Origin: Amoebophrya sp. A120
Taxonomy: Eukaryota > Protista > Dinoflagellata
Length of the DNA: 64,000 nucleotides
Direction: 5' to 3'
NCBI GenBank assembly: GCA_905178155.1
Contig: CAJINV010000023.1
Coordinates: 524,289-588,288, forward strand
The notes under the pieces were generated by a model. That model was not told the origin of the DNA. It did not search any database and saw only the letters and a list, made by a program, of their open reading frames with translations. Within the stretch, counting starts at the first letter, position 1, and every line of letters begins with the position of its first letter. Position numbers and translations under genes: made by a program. Positions 61,401 to 64,000 of the stretch are shown piece after piece.

Positions 61401-64000
61401 CGAATATACCGTGGCAAAAACGGGACCTCTTTTGCTATTCCTGCGCGACAGATTTTTGTAGTATGCAAATGCAGCATCACAAGTTACATCCTTCCAGACC
61501 AAGAGGGCGACATATTTGCAATGCATACCGGGGCCTCGCGGACGAAATCCAAGCTCGGTTTCCCAACGAGAAAAAACTCCTGGTATGAACTGCAAATATG
61601 TCTGGGTCTGGAAGAATGCAAGTTTGTCATGCTTGTCTGGCATGACTATTAAATCTGTCATGCACGCTATCCAAGAGCCCCATTTTTCTGTCATGCAGAA
61701 ACGCAGGTTGTCATGCACAATAGGCAACACCTAGCAACTCAGAAACTTGTCATGCTGAGCCGTTATTTGTGGCATCCTCATGATTCGCCACTCAGCATCA
61801 CAAGTTTCCAGACTCAGACATATTTGCATTTGATACCTGGAAATCGGGTGCAACGACGGGGTACTGCTCACCCCGCTGCGAGACGTATCAAATGCAAATA
61901 CGTCTGGATAACTGGAAGGATGTGAAATTGTGATGCGCATTTCACAACACACACAACACATAGGCAGCAAAAGATGCCCACTTCCTGTCACCAAAGGGGG
62001 GCATTTGTCATGCAGATTAGGCATTGCGAAACCTTCTCGAGCCCTGTGATGCTAGGGCTTCCATGCCAGACCTTCTGCGTCATGCAAAAACAGCACGATA
62101 TCTTCCAGACCAGCCATATTTGCATTTGATAAGACGTGTACGGGTACCACTGCATCGGTGTCGATCCTTCCGCCGCCATTCGTGCCGTGCCGCCTGCACC
62201 CCCGCTCGAGACCGGCGGCGACTGCTCTGGGTCGACAAACGGCTCCATCGTGGCCATCGAAGACTTCTTCTGCACACGGGTGTGCAGCGAAATTTTGCAG
62301 AAGTACGGACCCCTGGACGTGGTCGTCGGTTGTAACTGCCTCGCCCACATCGACGACATGCAGGAAATTTTCGAAAACATTCACCGCATCCTGAAACCCG
62401 GAGGCAAGCTCGTGTTCGAAGTGCACTACGTAGGTCACATCGTCGACGGCATGTATCCTGAGTAAAAACGTACCCACCCCAGAGTTGTCATGCAGATTTG
62501 CCATGACAGCGACAGGAACATTTGTGATGCGCAACCCCATGACAGGCATTCTCAATCGTGTTTGGGAACTTGTAATGCTGTAAACAGGATCAGAAGGTCG
62601 ATTTGTGATGCGGCTTTCCTTGCTAACTTGCACTACCTTACGGACTGAAACTTGTCATGCGTGACTCCTAAAGCTCCTAGGTTTGTGTTGCAAAATCCCC
62701 ATCCTGACTCTGGTGTGGGTACGGTTTTACTCAGGATAGCATGAACTTCGATTTTATTTACCACGAGCACATGAGCTACTACAGCTTCGGCACGGTGTAT
62801 CGCACGAAAAAAGTGTTACAGTTGCACATTTGTTGGAGTTTCCGCATCACAAATTTTCTCTGTGTGGCAGAGAAAACTTGTAATGCGAAGATCATAAGGA
62901 GAAACAGGAAGGAAACGAGGCTCCCAAGCATTTCCTGCATGAGAAAGGTTGGCTCTATTGCCGGTCTTGCATAGACTATGTGTGTAACTGTAACGCTTTT
63001 TTCTTCCCATACGGTGAAGTCCATTTGCCATCGGTACGGTTTTTGGCCGCTGGACATCCAGCAGATCGCCAATCACGGTGGCTCCCTGCGTATCAACTGC
63101 AAATGTGTCTGGGTCTGGAAACTTGTGATGCTGGGTGGCGTATTATGATGAGGCCACAAGTGCCGGCTCAGCATGACAAATTTCTGAGCTTCGAGGTTTT
63201 CTTGCCTATTCTGAACGACAAACTGCATTTCTGCATGACAGAAAAGCGGAACTCTAGGGTAACGTGTATGACAGATTCAAGAGTGATGCCAGACAAGCAT
63301 GACAAACATGCATTCTTCCAGACCTAGAGAGAGTTTTTGCACTTGATACTGCGCGTCTTCCTGCAGAAGGAGGAAGTATGAGATGCAAGATGAGCATCGT
63401 CTTAGTTGTAGAGATTGCATTACAACCATGCTCAGCATTAGAAATGGAATTTGTAATGCGGATTTATCTTGATAAAAAGAGTTGTCATGCATTTCATATT
63501 TACAATTAGTGCGAGTGCGATGCTTTTGCAATTCATAGGAAGTGGCGCAGGCGGATTTGCTCGTCTGGCAGGAAAAAATGAACAAGGCCTTCCATTTATC
63601 CTGAGCAAAAACCTCCCCACCCAGTAGTCAAGTTGGTAAATCTGCTACACAAATCGCCAAGCTTTGGGAGTGTGCATGACAAGTTTGTCCTCGTAGTGTG
63701 AAGATCCTGTTTAGCTAGTGCAGCAGCATCCCAAATCTAGCCTATCACGCTGGTTCTAGCATCACAAATTCCAGAGAACGACTAGAAAACGCTTCTCATA
63801 GGGCTCCGCGTGGGAAACTCTTGTGGCATCATGCAGATTTGCATTACAACTCTGGGATGGGGACGTTTTTGCTGAGGATAGAATGACAGCTTCGCCGCCG
63901 ACCTGTTGCGGGAGGAGGGCCTGGTATCGCAAGAAAAAACTGTTTCACTGTGAACTTGTGATGCAGAAAATGGATCGCAGAAGTGTGTGTCATGCTACAC
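52449..64000 (+). CDS. Fusion: RmlD-like NDP-4-keto-sugar reductase (extended SDR) + NDP-hexose C-methyltransferase; 3' end beyond window (34 element-introns in window)
   Basis: SDR part: VVIFGALGMLG..VVNCAG..N.CFP.KLA..VHISTD..YRLTKILGE..IVRTSFVG..LLEWL..GYRDQFWSG. It continues in frame into QCRFC..LAGGFL..LYPLTVLFC..YFYYSS..LEIGCNDGVLL..GVDPS..NCLAHIDD..LKPGG..FDFIYHEHMSYYS..HGGSLRVF. Confidence 0.88.
52791..53010. mobile_element. Introner/MITE family K
   Basis: TIR TATGACAGTGCACAA.CCCCCTCCCCCTCATTTGT ... ACAAATGAGGGGGAGGGGGAATTGTGCACTGTCATA, TSD GTCAT. A remnant lies at 2197-2244. Confidence 0.85.
58613..58922. mobile_element. Introner/MITE family F (representative copy, about 310 bp)
   Basis: TIR TATTACAGTGA.AAATGCCCCCACCCC ... 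GGGGTGGGGGCATTTTTCATTGTAATA, TSD ATCGG. Other copies at 29586, 38439, 40790, 57496. Confidence 0.88.

Noticed and set aside
1-64000. Hundreds of 60-200 aa ORFs with recurring peptides (IKCKNVWVWK, SNAKMSGSG, FQTQTFLHLI, LPDPDIFAFD, ILSKNVPTP)
   Set aside because: They are translations of the family A/B TIRs in different frames and strands, not a repeat-protein family.
228-64000. Genes as pseudogenes destroyed by MITE insertions (e.g. a decaying bacterial operon)
   Set aside because: After element removal the frames stay open with catalytic motifs intact over about 130 junctions, which is unlikely for dead genes. Signal-anchored GTs and low-complexity linkers look eukaryotic. Expression data are still needed.
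1-64000. rRNA, tRNA or dinoflagellate spliced-leader sequences
   Set aside because: None recognised by eye. A covariance-model search would be needed to exclude them.

Overview
Eukaryotic (protist-like) genomic DNA, standard genetic code. Nearly all ORFs in the six-frame track are artefacts. The window holds seven co-oriented (+ strand) genes, each cut into short exons by about 130 small palindrome-ended insertions (hand count: 132 inside CDS, about 6 in UTR/intergenic DNA). The insertions are mostly 150-330 bp. They start 5'-TAT (sometimes TAC/TAG/TAA), end ATA-3', carry family-specific terminal inverted repeats (TIRs; at least 11 families), share an internal GCATNACAA motif and are flanked by a 5-bp direct repeat. 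Removing each element plus one repeat copy restores seven uninterrupted reading frames (a few degenerate junctions fit less cleanly), and no conventional GT-AG intron is needed. This resembles the non-canonical IR/DR introners reported in the parasitic dinoflagellate Amoebophrya; the organism assignment is inference only. The reconstructed genes form a glycan biosynthesis cluster: DUF4910 peptidase-like protein (3' part), SAM methyltransferase, NeuB-SAF-cytidylyltransferase fusion, cytidylyltransferase-NeuB-SAF fusion, fucosyltransferase-like protein, second glycosyltransferase-like membrane protein, and an RmlD-like reductase fused to an NDP-sugar C-methyltransferase (runs off the window). 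Intergenic blocks carry unrelated GC-rich repeats and almost none of these elements. All reconstruction was by eye; splicing is inferred from frame restoration, not from transcript data.
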